Below, in pieces: positions 1 to 8,542 of a DNA stretch of 64,000 nt (the first letter of the stretch is position 1; every line of letters starts with the position of its first letter). Origin of the DNA: Desulfatiglandales bacterium (GTDB lineage Bacteria > Desulfobacterota > DSM-4660 > Desulfatiglandales > Desulfatiglandaceae); assembly GCA_963666345.1 (NCBI GenBank), contig OY762721.1, positions 1,440,001 to 1,504,000 of the forward strand, given 5' to 3'. The position numbers and the translations under genes are program-made. The notes beneath the pieces are model-generated. The model was given only the letters and a program-made list of their open reading frames with translations, ran no database searches and was not told the origin of the DNA.

Positions 1-717
1 ATGGACTATTATCGAGGCTATCTGATCCTCGCTGATCTCCTGCCAGATCCCCTTGGGCGTATACGCCCAAAAAACCCCGTGTGTGTGTACCAAGTCGCCT
101 ATCAGGCCCACGATGTATTTCGCCATGAGCGAGGCAAGGAATTTTCTTTTTGATTTAATCCGGATGAAGAATTCTGCTGGATTTATCTCATCAGGCGGCG
201 GGAGTTTGTCGCTGAACAGTGCGGTCAAAGCCGGGCTCATATTGTACTCACCCACACTCTCTATAAGACCGGTGGATACGTTCTCCACGGCTGGCGGCTT
301 CCACTCAGGATCGTAGCCAGAACAAAACGGAGCAAGCGAATCATCTCCCGAGATCACCACCCGGGCATCTTTCCAGGTGCGGCCGGCAGCTTTGCATGTG
401 TCGTGAAAGCATTGATAGGTCAGGTAAGGCTGGCTGGAAGACTGGACGATTGAGGCATCATTAGGCCCATGAGAGTGATCAAATACGCACTCTTTGAGAC
501 AATATAGAGTCAACTCGCCTTGCGGCTTCACAAAATGTTCGCGTCCATAGTGATTTAGATAAGCACCCACATCCAGGGTGCCCAGGTTGCCCCGGTTCAT
601 CGGCTTGGCTTTCCCGGTGTTCTTTTTTTGGGAAGTCGAGGAAGGGGCGGGGAGCTGGGCCTCGCCTTCTGCCGCCTCATCAGCCAGCTTTGATGGAATT
701 TTCTTTTTATCAGGCAT
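1..717 (-). CDS. P4/D5-family primase-helicase, N-terminal part (runs off the window; absent from the ORF track)
   Basis: Manual translation is open for 239 codons: MPDKKKIPS...CLKECVFDHSHG...YQCFHDTC...RTWKDA (Zn-finger-like), then LVHTHGVFWAYTPKGIWQEISE (D5_N-like). Confidence 0.7.
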   Translation of the reverse strand, partial: MPDKKKIPSKLADEAAEGEAQLPAPSSTSQKKNTGKAKPMNRGNLGTLDVGAYLNHYGREHFVKPQGELTLYCLKECVFDHSHGPNDASIVQSSSQPYLTYQCFHDTCKAAGRTWKDARVVISGDDSLAPFCSGYDPEWKPPAVENVSTGLIESVGEYNMSPALTALFSDKLPPPDEINPAEFFIRIKSKRKFLASLMAKYIVGLIGDLVHTHGVFWAYTPKGIWQEISEDQIASIIVH

Positions 718-737
718 AATTCACCAGCTTGAACCTT

Positions 738-917
738 TTACTCAGGCCTGATTTTATGCCGGTCCATGAAGCGAATGACGTCGTCGACATCGTATCTGAC
801 GGCTTTACCCGCTTTACAATATGGGATTCCGACCCCTTTAAATCGGTCATTCCTTAATTTTGAGCAGGAAAACCCCGTAATTGCAGCTACTTGTTTTTCG
901 TTAATGTACTTTTTCAT
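738..917 (-). CDS. AlpA/excisionase-like HTH DNA-binding protein (59 aa; absent from the ORF track)
   Basis: MKKYINEKQVAAITGFSCSKLRNDRFKGVGIPYCKAGKAVRYDVDDVIRFMDRHKIRPE, a typical winged-HTH excisionase pattern. Confidence 0.85.
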   Translation of the reverse strand: MKKYINEKQVAAITGFSCSKLRNDRFKGVGIPYCKAGKAVRYDVDDVIRFMDRHKIRPE

Positions 918-973
918 TCTTCTAGCTCCGTGGAGTATTATTATTTACTCGCAGTATAACTAGCTGATTTTAA

Positions 974-1030
974 ATATAAAACACCTAAATTAGCAAAAAA
1001 CCGTTTTTTGCTAATTTAGGTGTTTTATAT
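974..1030. repeat. 57-bp palindrome (28-bp perfect arms, 1-nt centre)
   Basis: ATATAAAACACCTAAATTAGCAAAAAAC-C-GTTTTTTGCTAATTTAGGTGTTTTATAT. Confidence 0.97.
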
Positions 1031-1089
1031 GCTTGAAAAGTGCTGGAGAAGGCAGGGGAAAAAATACAGGGATGAATGTATGACTGTTC

Positions 1090-1734
1090 TTATTGTTCTT
1101 TTTTAGGCGCTCCTGGGCCTTTCCCTTTTGCTATTCCTTTTATCCATCTAATGGGGGTATTATACGAGTAAGGACCATGATGTATGACATCCTGTATCTC
1201 CGGCCTTTTTATTAGTTGAGCCTTGGGTATATCAGGCTCTAGTGCTACTATTTTCCTGGCTGCCTCTTGCACCCTTAACATGTCATTATAGCCGCTTCTT
1301 CCGCTCACTGCTTTTGGTACAGCGGGTTCTACACTCTCATCATAGAGAGTCCAGTATCTCTGTTCATCAATTATAATTGGTAATTCATTTATGGATCGAA
1401 TACAGGAAAACTCCCATTCCTCCTGAAAATTAAAGGAAGGGCTAGTCCTGTAAACGCATGTAAAACTGTCTCCTAAAAAACTATTATTGCCACTGTGGGC
1501 ATATTCGAAGATCAGAAGTGATTGATACCTCATGAATTTGTCTTCAGGCATATTTTCAGGCAATTTGAACATTACTAAATATTTGCATCTTGGAAAGGAT
1601 TTCTTCATAGCGTCATCGACACAAGCAAAAAGCCTAATCCATTCTGCTTCCTGAATTTGGTAGGTCCAGGCATAAGCAAATGAAATGAGGCGGTCATGAA
1701 CAAGTTCCGGGAAATAATCAGCCTGATATTTCAT
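1090..1734 (-). CDS. Hypothetical protein of the element; possible C-terminal DNA-binding region
   Basis: Likely start MKYQADY overlaps the integrase 3' end; AT-rich; basic tail YSYNTPIRWIKGIAKGKGPGAPKK. Confidence 0.6.
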   Translation of the reverse strand: MKYQADYFPELVHDRLISFAYAWTYQIQEAEWIRLFACVDDAMKKSFPRCKYLVMFKLPENMPEDKFMRYQSLLIFEYAHSGNNSFLGDSFTCVYRTSPSFNFQEEWEFSCIRSINELPIIIDEQRYWTLYDESVEPAVPKAVSGRSGYNDMLRVQEAARKIVALEPDIPKAQLIKRPEIQDVIHHGPYSYNTPIRWIKGIAKGKGPGAPKKEQ

Positions 1735-2893
1735 GTTCCAAGCCCCCTGTTTTCGATTGGTCCTGCTTGTTTTTCCCTTCATCTGCTTTTTTGATGATAT
1801 CTGATGCCAGATCGGAGGCGCCCTTTAAGGCAGCATCCCTTAAATGAACGTACCTCTGCGTCATCCTGGGGTCCTTGTGTGTCAAAAGCCTCTGAAGGGT
1901 ATACATATCGACCTTGCCGCTTGAGGCGAGCATCGAGGCATACACATGTCTCAATCCATGTATGGGTCTGAAGTCTTCGGGAAGTCCGGCGGCTTCTTTT
2001 ATCCTGTTTGCGGATACCGTTACTGTGGCCCTTTTACTGCCGAATCTTCCGGGGAAGACGTATAGGCTTTTTTCCCTTGGGTGGTGTTTAAGAACTCCTC
2101 TTGCACCTTCATTCAATGGGATAATCTGATCTCGTCCGCCCTTGGGATCCCTTATGTTTAAAAACCCCCGTTCAAAATCTATATCCTCCCATCTGAGATT
2201 GAAAAGCTCCCCCTTCCGCATGCCGGTATAGAGTGCAAGCCTCATGAGGTTTCCCGTTTGGATATCCTTGTCCTCTTCAATGGCCAAAAGGAGTTTTTCC
2301 AGTTGGCTTTGACTAAGGTCTTCGGTTTTGATGTTGTTGACGGTGGGTTTCTGGATATGAAAACCAATCCCCTCGCAGAGTCCCTTCTTCACCCCGAAAT
2401 TTATGATCCAGGTAAGGAGGTTGAGCACATGCTTCACAGTTTGTGGAGAGCGTTTCTTGAGGAGATTTATCCTCAGCCTGTCGATTTCAAGGGGTATAAG
2501 CTCTGAGGGTTCTTTGTTTCCGAATGGCTTTTTGAGGTATCTGTTGTATCTGCTTTTGTCTGTTGAAAGGGATTTGTTAGCTGGTCGCGTTTTTTCGTAT
2601 TCCTCATAGAGCCTTTTGATGGTCCACTTTCCCTGTTCACGCGCCTTTCTTTCTTCCTCAATCTCCCGCAGCTCTTTCCGGGAGGGCTTCTTGCCTTCGA
2701 TTCTAGCGGATCGGTAGCTTGAGGCCCTGGCAGGGGTCATGGCGTCGGAATACTGCCTGCCAGCCTTTTCTTCAATGGTCTTCCCGTTTTTTTTGAAGAC
2801 GACGTAATAGACCTTCTCTGTGCCTTTACGGCCTATCCGTTTTGCCTCTCTGTAAAAGACTCCCGGATAACTTGTTTTAAACCTTGCCGCCAT
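1718..2893 (-). CDS. Tyrosine recombinase / phage integrase
   Basis: TGMRKGE, HGLRH, LLTHKD and MTQRY catalytic motifs; N-terminal arm-binding-type region; adjacent to a tRNA fragment. Confidence 0.95.
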   Translation of the reverse strand: MAARFKTSYPGVFYREAKRIGRKGTEKVYYVVFKKNGKTIEEKAGRQYSDAMTPARASSYRSARIEGKKPSRKELREIEEERKAREQGKWTIKRLYEEYEKTRPANKSLSTDKSRYNRYLKKPFGNKEPSELIPLEIDRLRINLLKKRSPQTVKHVLNLLTWIINFGVKKGLCEGIGFHIQKPTVNNIKTEDLSQSQLEKLLLAIEEDKDIQTGNLMRLALYTGMRKGELFNLRWEDIDFERGFLNIRDPKGGRDQIIPLNEGARGVLKHHPREKSLYVFPGRFGSKRATVTVSANRIKEAAGLPEDFRPIHGLRHVYASMLASSGKVDMYTLQRLLTHKDPRMTQRYVHLRDAALKGASDLASDIIKKADEGKNKQDQSKTGGLEHEISG

Positions 2894-2929
2894 GGTGTCT
2901 CCACCGGCTCCGTAAGCCGGTCACATTAT

Positions 2930-2950
2930 TTTCCAACCCCATTTCCAACC
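2930..2950. repeat. Direct repeat TTTCCAACC x2 at 12-bp spacing; putative integrase arm-type sites
   Basis: Copies at 2930-2938 and 2942-2950, between the integrase start and the att site. Confidence 0.55.
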
Positions 2951-3065
2951 TCCAGGATAGATTATAATGAAAAGTGGTGGATGTCAATGGAAACAACAAC
3001 TATTTGATTATACTTTGTAATACTAAATAATGGATTATAATGGATTTTGGAGAAAAATATAAAAA

Positions 3066-3114
3066 TCGGCCTTTCACGCCGGCAACACCGGTTCGAATCC
3101 GGTTGGGGACGCCA
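3066..3114 (+). other. att site: 3' half of tRNA-Glu(TTC), not a complete tRNA
   Basis: TCGGC-CTTTCAC-GCCGG anticodon arm, ACCGG-TTCGAAT-CCGGT T-arm, TGGGGAC-GCCA end; no 5' half or D-arm upstream. Confidence 0.9.
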
Positions 3115-3126
3115 AGTAATTTCAAG

Positions 3127-3156
3127 GGGTTGCGAGTAATTTTGCAACCCTTTTTT
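3127..3156 (+). terminator. Intrinsic terminator after the tRNA fragment
   Basis: GGGTTGCGAG-TAAT-TTTGCAACCC hairpin followed by T6. Confidence 0.7.
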
Positions 3157-3301
3157 ATTTTCTGATTTACAGTCCCCCACACTATCCCCAAAACTGCTTA
3201 TGGAACGGCTGATTACTTCAAGCCTTACAGGATTTCCATTCCCGGCAAATAAGACCTTCATATGAAAGTCTTTCTATTCCATGAATAAATCGTTCCGAAA
3301 A

Positions 3302-6300
3302 TCATATTTCATGTATCTTTACCATCTTGCCGGCATCCATTTTTTCGGCGATCTCCACGATCCTTCGGTGATGGGTAAAGAGTATAATCTGATTCCTTTC
3401 AGCCAGCCCTGACAGTGCTTTGATTGTGGCCCTGCTTCTATCATCGTCGAAGTTGATCATAATATCATCTACGATAAAGGGCATGGGTTCGTTTGATTCC
3501 AGACGCCAGTCAAGGGTTGCCAGCCTCAATGCCAGATACAATTGATCTCTTGTTCCATCACTCATCCCATCAACTTTTAACCAAGTCCCATCGGGCCGCA
3601 CACCTATCAAGACAGGGCGGCCCTGGTCATTTATATCGGTACGCAGGGCAGAAAAAGATCCCAAGCTGATTTGCCTGAAATAGTCCGACGCCCTTTTTAA
3701 AATTGGCCCCTGATGCTCTTCCCTGTATCTTTCAATCACATCCAGTAGAATCTTTGTGGAAAGTTTGACGCGAATAAACCGCTCGGTAAGACTTTTAATT
3801 CCAGCAAGAACCTGCTGTGATTCCTCTGCAATCTCAGCAGCCCGAGATTTCCCATCCATCTTCGACATTTCGTTCTTCTCACGGCCGATTGTCTCAATCA
3901 ATTCATTGAGTTCAGGATCAAGGACCTGTTCTATCTCCTGAGAAAGTGCAGTTATCTGTCCCGGCAATTCATCAGGATTGACTTCCCTTCCCTGCCGTTC
4001 AAGTTCTTCAATAGCAACTCCCTCTGCAATTTCATTTATCACTTTTTCAATCTGAGCGATATTTTCCTTTAATTGCAGATACTCACTTGACCGAGTCTCA
4101 GCCTCATCCAGGTCCTCCTCTCCTTTACATCCGGCCTGATCAATAAGGACAGCCATCTGTTTTTGATTGCTGTCAAGGGATGTTTCGGCCCCAATAATTT
4201 CCTTTTCAAGCGCTTGAATCTCCTCCAGATACTGCCGCCATACTGCATCATCTTTTCTTGCCTCGTTTAACCGCGCCAGGAGATCGTTCACCCCCTGGAC
4301 CGATGTTTTGCTTACAAGATCCGGTGCGACCTGTTTCAACAAATCGGCAAGTTCAGTTTCAAAAACCTGATTGTCACGGTCGATTCCGATTATCCTTTTT
4401 TTGAATCCATCAGCCTCATCCAGCTTATCAAAAGAACTTTTGAGAATATCCATGAAATCAGCTGCCTCGGCAGGGCCGGCGTTTGGCTCCATACCGAAAG
4501 GTTCAAGTGCCTGCTTCCATTTCAAATGCCACTGGTCAAGTTTCTTCCGAGCCTCCGTTTTTTCTTTTTCAGAAGCCTTGAGACTATCTTTTAATTCATC
4601 GACCCTGGACTCGAGTTTCTCTCTCGCTGTCTGCTTTCTACTGTTACTTTCCAGCAGGTTCTCGGCATGCGTAAGCACCAGAGTCAGATCTTCACCGGCA
4701 AATTCTTCGCTGCCGCCCCGCTCTCGGATTTCCTTTAACAGTTTCCGCCTTAATTCCTGCCTGCGGTTATCTTTTGTCTGGATCTCTTCAGAGATTTTTT
4801 CAACCTCTTTCAGCCTGAGGCGGATCTGCTCAAATCCAGCGATCCACTGCCTCATCTCCCTGGGAGAAAGAGGGTTTATATTAGAAGGTTTCCAAGCGTC
4901 GTGCCATTGACTTTTTAGATCGGTCAGCCTCGATTCCAGTGTTTCGGTATCGGATTCAATCCTTCCAAGCTTTTCTTGAAGGCCTTCGATCTTTGATTTG
5001 AGAGAGGCCTGTTTTTGAACCCGTTCCGCCTCCCTGCGCAGGCGATCGGCGGTCTCATCAGAGTCGGTTACCATTCCTTCATAGGTTTCAGGTAGATAAG
5101 CATCGTCCGGAACAGCATCTGTTTCGTGTGAAATGTCTTCACCATCTATCCACTTCCTGCGGATCAGCTTCCACTTGGAATCCCTGGTCGACCTAATCGT
5201 GTTTAACTCTTCTTCTGAAGGCACATCCCCTGCATACTGAATTGCCTTAAGATCTGCGAATAGTTGATTCAGCTCTTCCTGGGCATTCTCCTTTCCATCC
5301 TTAATGAGACCAATTTTTTGATGGAGGAAATCCATCTCGTTTTCAAATCGGGTCACAGTCTCTGAAATGGGAATCGACAACCTCCTGATCTCTTCAACAG
5401 TGCCCTGCCAGAGACCTAGCCTTTCAAGATCCTCTCTGCAACTATCAAGCGTAATCTTAAGTTCACCTCTTTTTTCATCCAGTTCCTGGTCCAGGTCGCC
5501 TGCTTTCTGAGCTAGTTTTACAGCTTCAATAAGACCACCTGGATCACGAAAATAAGGAAGCCCTGAAAGATCGCTTTTCGCCTTATCGAGTGTCATCTTG
5601 ATCTTTTTCACATCCTCTTCAGTCTTTTCGTTGCTTTGAAGCAGGGCTTCGTATCTATTTCCTAGGCTTAAAACAGTTTTCCTTTTTGAAAGGGTTTTTC
5701 TGAGGGTTTCGACTTCGTCAAGCGTTAGGTCCGGACGAACCTGCTTCAATAGAGCTGCCGCATCGGTCTTGCAGCTGATCCGCATTCCTTCCACCTGGGG
5801 CCGGTCAGCAATGGCCTTTCTGTATTCCCCTACCCGTTGATACAGACCCTCAATCTCTTCTGCCCTGTTCAGAAGCTCCTGTTTCAGAGAAATGCCCTTT
5901 TTCCTTTCCTGTAGCGCTTTTAACCTTGTTTCAGAAATCTTAATTGTCCGGACATAATTACTTCTCTCCCCCTCAAGCTTTCTCCTCTGCTCTCTGAAAT
6001 CAGACGGCAATACAATCACTTCACCGATTTCTTTCAATTTTTCTGTTAAGTCTTTACGCTCTTTGAGGTGTACCAGTGATTTCTTCAGGCGCTCAAGGCG
6101 ATTCCTTTCCCGGTCCTTTTCTCCCAATGTGTTCTTAATCTCTGACAGTTTCTTTTCCGACTTTCCAAGTGTCTTGCTGTGCTCATTCCACTCCCTGGCC
6201 GTAAGAAGATATTGTTTCATCATTGTCTGCAAATTCCGGAACTTTATGAGTTCCTTATTGATGAGTTTTTTTGTCGCCTGCGGTCTGAACAGAGCGTCGG

Positions 6301-6805
6301 CCTCACCCTCAAGCTCATCAAGGATAGTGTGAAGAGATGTCAGTCCTGCACCCGCGGCAAAAATGGCCTGACCGACATCTCCTTTCTGATCCAGGATGTC
6401 CTCTCCACCACGTACCAGGGCTTCATGATCAATGCCGTAAAGAGCCTCAAACATTTCTCGTTCAAGGCCGCTGAAAAATGGATCTATAAACGACTGATCA
6501 AGGGGATTATCATATTCGTCAAAAATGTCTGCTTTCCTTTTTTTACGGCGAAAGAAAGTAATTTCCCTCCCTTCTTCATCATCAAGCCGTCCGCCTATGA
6601 GAAGGTTGTCGTAGGGATGAATAAAATTGTCATCAGTTCGGACGGGGATACCGAAGAAAAGGGAATTCAAGGCCCGAAGGCAACTGCTTTTCCCCGCCTC
6701 ATTTGCGCCATATACGATGTGGAGTCCCGGAAAATCAGAGGAAAAATCAAGTAAGCGATCAGTGAAGGGACCAAATGCCCTCAAATCAAGTCGTTTAATT
6801 CTCAT
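3302..6805 (-). CDS. yhaN: YhaN-family (AAA_27) Rad50/SMC-like coiled-coil ATPase
   Basis: LRAFGPF, Walker A GANEAGKS, long coiled coil, MSDGTRDQLYLALRLA signature, PFIVDD Walker B, LFTHH. Confidence 0.9.
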   Translation of the reverse strand: MRIKRLDLRAFGPFTDRLLDFSSDFPGLHIVYGANEAGKSSCLRALNSLFFGIPVRTDDNFIHPYDNLLIGGRLDDEEGREITFFRRKKRKADIFDEYDNPLDQSFIDPFFSGLEREMFEALYGIDHEALVRGGEDILDQKGDVGQAIFAAGAGLTSLHTILDELEGEADALFRPQATKKLINKELIKFRNLQTMMKQYLLTAREWNEHSKTLGKSEKKLSEIKNTLGEKDRERNRLERLKKSLVHLKERKDLTEKLKEIGEVIVLPSDFREQRRKLEGERSNYVRTIKISETRLKALQERKKGISLKQELLNRAEEIEGLYQRVGEYRKAIADRPQVEGMRISCKTDAAALLKQVRPDLTLDEVETLRKTLSKRKTVLSLGNRYEALLQSNEKTEEDVKKIKMTLDKAKSDLSGLPYFRDPGGLIEAVKLAQKAGDLDQELDEKRGELKITLDSCREDLERLGLWQGTVEEIRRLSIPISETVTRFENEMDFLHQKIGLIKDGKENAQEELNQLFADLKAIQYAGDVPSEEELNTIRSTRDSKWKLIRRKWIDGEDISHETDAVPDDAYLPETYEGMVTDSDETADRLRREAERVQKQASLKSKIEGLQEKLGRIESDTETLESRLTDLKSQWHDAWKPSNINPLSPREMRQWIAGFEQIRLRLKEVEKISEEIQTKDNRRQELRRKLLKEIRERGGSEEFAGEDLTLVLTHAENLLESNSRKQTAREKLESRVDELKDSLKASEKEKTEARKKLDQWHLKWKQALEPFGMEPNAGPAEAADFMDILKSSFDKLDEADGFKKRIIGIDRDNQVFETELADLLKQVAPDLVSKTSVQGVNDLLARLNEARKDDAVWRQYLEEIQALEKEIIGAETSLDSNQKQMAVLIDQAGCKGEEDLDEAETRSSEYLQLKENIAQIEKVINEIAEGVAIEELERQGREVNPDELPGQITALSQEIEQVLDPELNELIETIGREKNEMSKMDGKSRAAEIAEESQQVLAGIKSLTERFIRVKLSTKILLDVIERYREEHQGPILKRASDYFRQISLGSFSALRTDINDQGRPVLIGVRPDGTWLKVDGMSDGTRDQLYLALRLATLDWRLESNEPMPFIVDDIMINFDDDRSRATIKALSGLAERNQIILFTHHRRIVEIAEKMDAGKMVKIHEI

Positions 6806-8057
6806 CGCTCCCCTCCTGTTTCAGCATTCTACCTGTGAGGACCTCCGTTATTTCCCCGTAAAGGTCTTCTATTTCCTCATCCGACAGATCGAATGGGCTG
6901 TCATCCATCAGGAGGTCAGGAGGCAACTTGCTCCGCAGCTGTTCAAGTTCCGGCACAAGATCAGTGAATACCGGTTTTCTTTTTCTAAGGGATTTTATTT
7001 CTTCATTGAGTGCCGATAAAGGAGAACCGTCTCTTGGCAATTCCTTGGAAGAAGTTTTACTTCCGGTGCGAAATAGAGTTTTTTCAATCCACACATCGAT
7101 CAGCCCTGCGGCAATTCCCTTAAACTCCTCAATCCAATGAGGCGCCTTTCTATGAAGACTTCCATAAAGCGACGTCCTTCCCTCGAGGATCACACGCACT
7201 GCTATGGGACGCCCTTCGGCGCGTTCAAGCTGGTCCTCAAAGGATTGCCTGACCCTCTCCAGGCATTCTTCTTCTTTCTCGCATCCGTCAAGGTTAACCT
7301 GGCAGACACCCCAGCGCAGTACGTCAGTATTATGATGCTCAACCTCCAGTACCCGGCCTTCTTCCACAGTAACAATGGTGCATCCTTTGGGTCCGATTTC
7401 CCGGATATGTCTTGCCTGTATATTGCCCGGGAAAACGATCCAGGGATCTTTTGATATTTCTTCACGCATGTGAACGTGCCCCAAGGCCCAGTATTGGTAC
7501 CCCTTTGAGCGAAGCGCATCGACTGTGCAAGGGGCATAGGGCTCATGCCCGGGTCTTCCGGTAAGAGCCGTGTGCAAAAGTCCTATGTTGAATACTCCCG
7601 GATCCGCCTGCGGATAATTCTGTGTCAGATCCTCGGTAACAGCCCTTGATGGAAAGCTCCGGCCGTGAATAGCCACTCCCAGATCATCAAGGACTTTAGT
7701 TTCTGCTTTTCTGGAAGAGAAAGAAGTTACATTATCAGGGAGATGGAGGGAGCGAGTTATCTGGCTGGCTGCATCGTGATTTCCTGAGACAATAAAGACC
7801 CTGATCCCGGCTTCTCTCAGGATTCCCATCCTGTTATTGAAATAGAGTCCTGTTTTGTAATCCTTCCAGTCCCCGTCAAAAAGGTCGCCTGCGATTAGCA
7901 CGAAGGCAACATCTTCATTGACGGCAAGATCTATGAGGTTATCGAAGGCATTTCTAACCGACCCCCTTATCTGTTCCACAGGGGCATCCTCGTAGGCCTC
8001 AAGACCCCTTAAAGGACTGTCAAGATGGATATCCGCTGCGTGTAGAAATCGGAACAT
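6795..8057 (-). CDS. yhaO: YhaO-family Mre11/SbcD-like DNA repair exonuclease
   Basis: ADIHLD, AGDLFD, GNHD, LLHT and WALGHVH metallophosphoesterase motifs; overlaps the yhaN start. Confidence 0.9.
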   Translation of the reverse strand: MFRFLHAADIHLDSPLRGLEAYEDAPVEQIRGSVRNAFDNLIDLAVNEDVAFVLIAGDLFDGDWKDYKTGLYFNNRMGILREAGIRVFIVSGNHDAASQITRSLHLPDNVTSFSSRKAETKVLDDLGVAIHGRSFPSRAVTEDLTQNYPQADPGVFNIGLLHTALTGRPGHEPYAPCTVDALRSKGYQYWALGHVHMREEISKDPWIVFPGNIQARHIREIGPKGCTIVTVEEGRVLEVEHHNTDVLRWGVCQVNLDGCEKEEECLERVRQSFEDQLERAEGRPIAVRVILEGRTSLYGSLHRKAPHWIEEFKGIAAGLIDVWIEKTLFRTGSKTSSKELPRDGSPLSALNEEIKSLRKRKPVFTDLVPELEQLRSKLPPDLLMDDSPFDLSDEEIEDLYGEITEVLTGRMLKQEGSDEN

Positions 8058-8488
8058 GTCCTCCTCCGGAGAGACTAATATTTTATGGTTGTTTTTACTT
8101 CTGCACCAACTTTTCGCTGTTAATGGCTTATAACATGTCGATTTAATTTTACCATTTAATTATTAACCGCTTATTTTGCATAGCATTATAGACTCATTAT
8201 TTATCATTAAAAGTTATGCTTAAAGGTAAAGATGGCGTATCCACCGGTTGATTGTTCAGGAGCAGTCGAAGGAACACATCAAAATGGAAAAGACACACTA
8301 CCGATGAGAAATGTTAATGTATTTGAGATAAAAATGCCAGCACCGTTAATAGATGGTTACAAGCTACAGGGTGCCGCATAGGACCTTCAGAGAAGATCCG
8401 ATAATAGGGATTTCAGCTGAATCATTTTGCCGTCACTTCTGCTTGCAAGAGGGGATTACCAGTTAAGATGCGTTATATTTATGGTTAC

Positions 8489-8531
8489 ATTCCTTGAAAA
8501 TCAGCAGTTGACATGATGAATTTCAAGGAAT
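8489..8531. promoter_or_regulatory. Inverted repeat directly upstream of the AAA ATPase
   Basis: ATTCCTTGAAAATCAGCA-N7-TGATGAATTTCAAGGAAT (18-bp arms, 2 mismatches). Confidence 0.6.
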
Positions 8532-8542
8532 AATATGGCCAT

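Larger units (their letters stand above)
1..3114. mobile_element. Right end of an integrative phage-satellite/PICI-like element inserted in tRNA-Glu
   Basis: Gene order att(tRNA 3' half)-integrase-ORF-AlpA-primase/helicase; element continues past the left window edge. Confidence 0.85.

Noticed and set aside
974..1030. Definite protelomerase telomere site
   Set aside because: Only the length is similar; no protelomerase is visible and the element has an ordinary integrase
3066..3114. Complete tRNA-Glu gene
   Set aside because: The 5' acceptor strand and D-arm are missing; it is an att duplication
2962..3261. ORFs of 99 and 63 aa over the att region
   Set aside because: Antisense translations of the tRNA fragment and terminator
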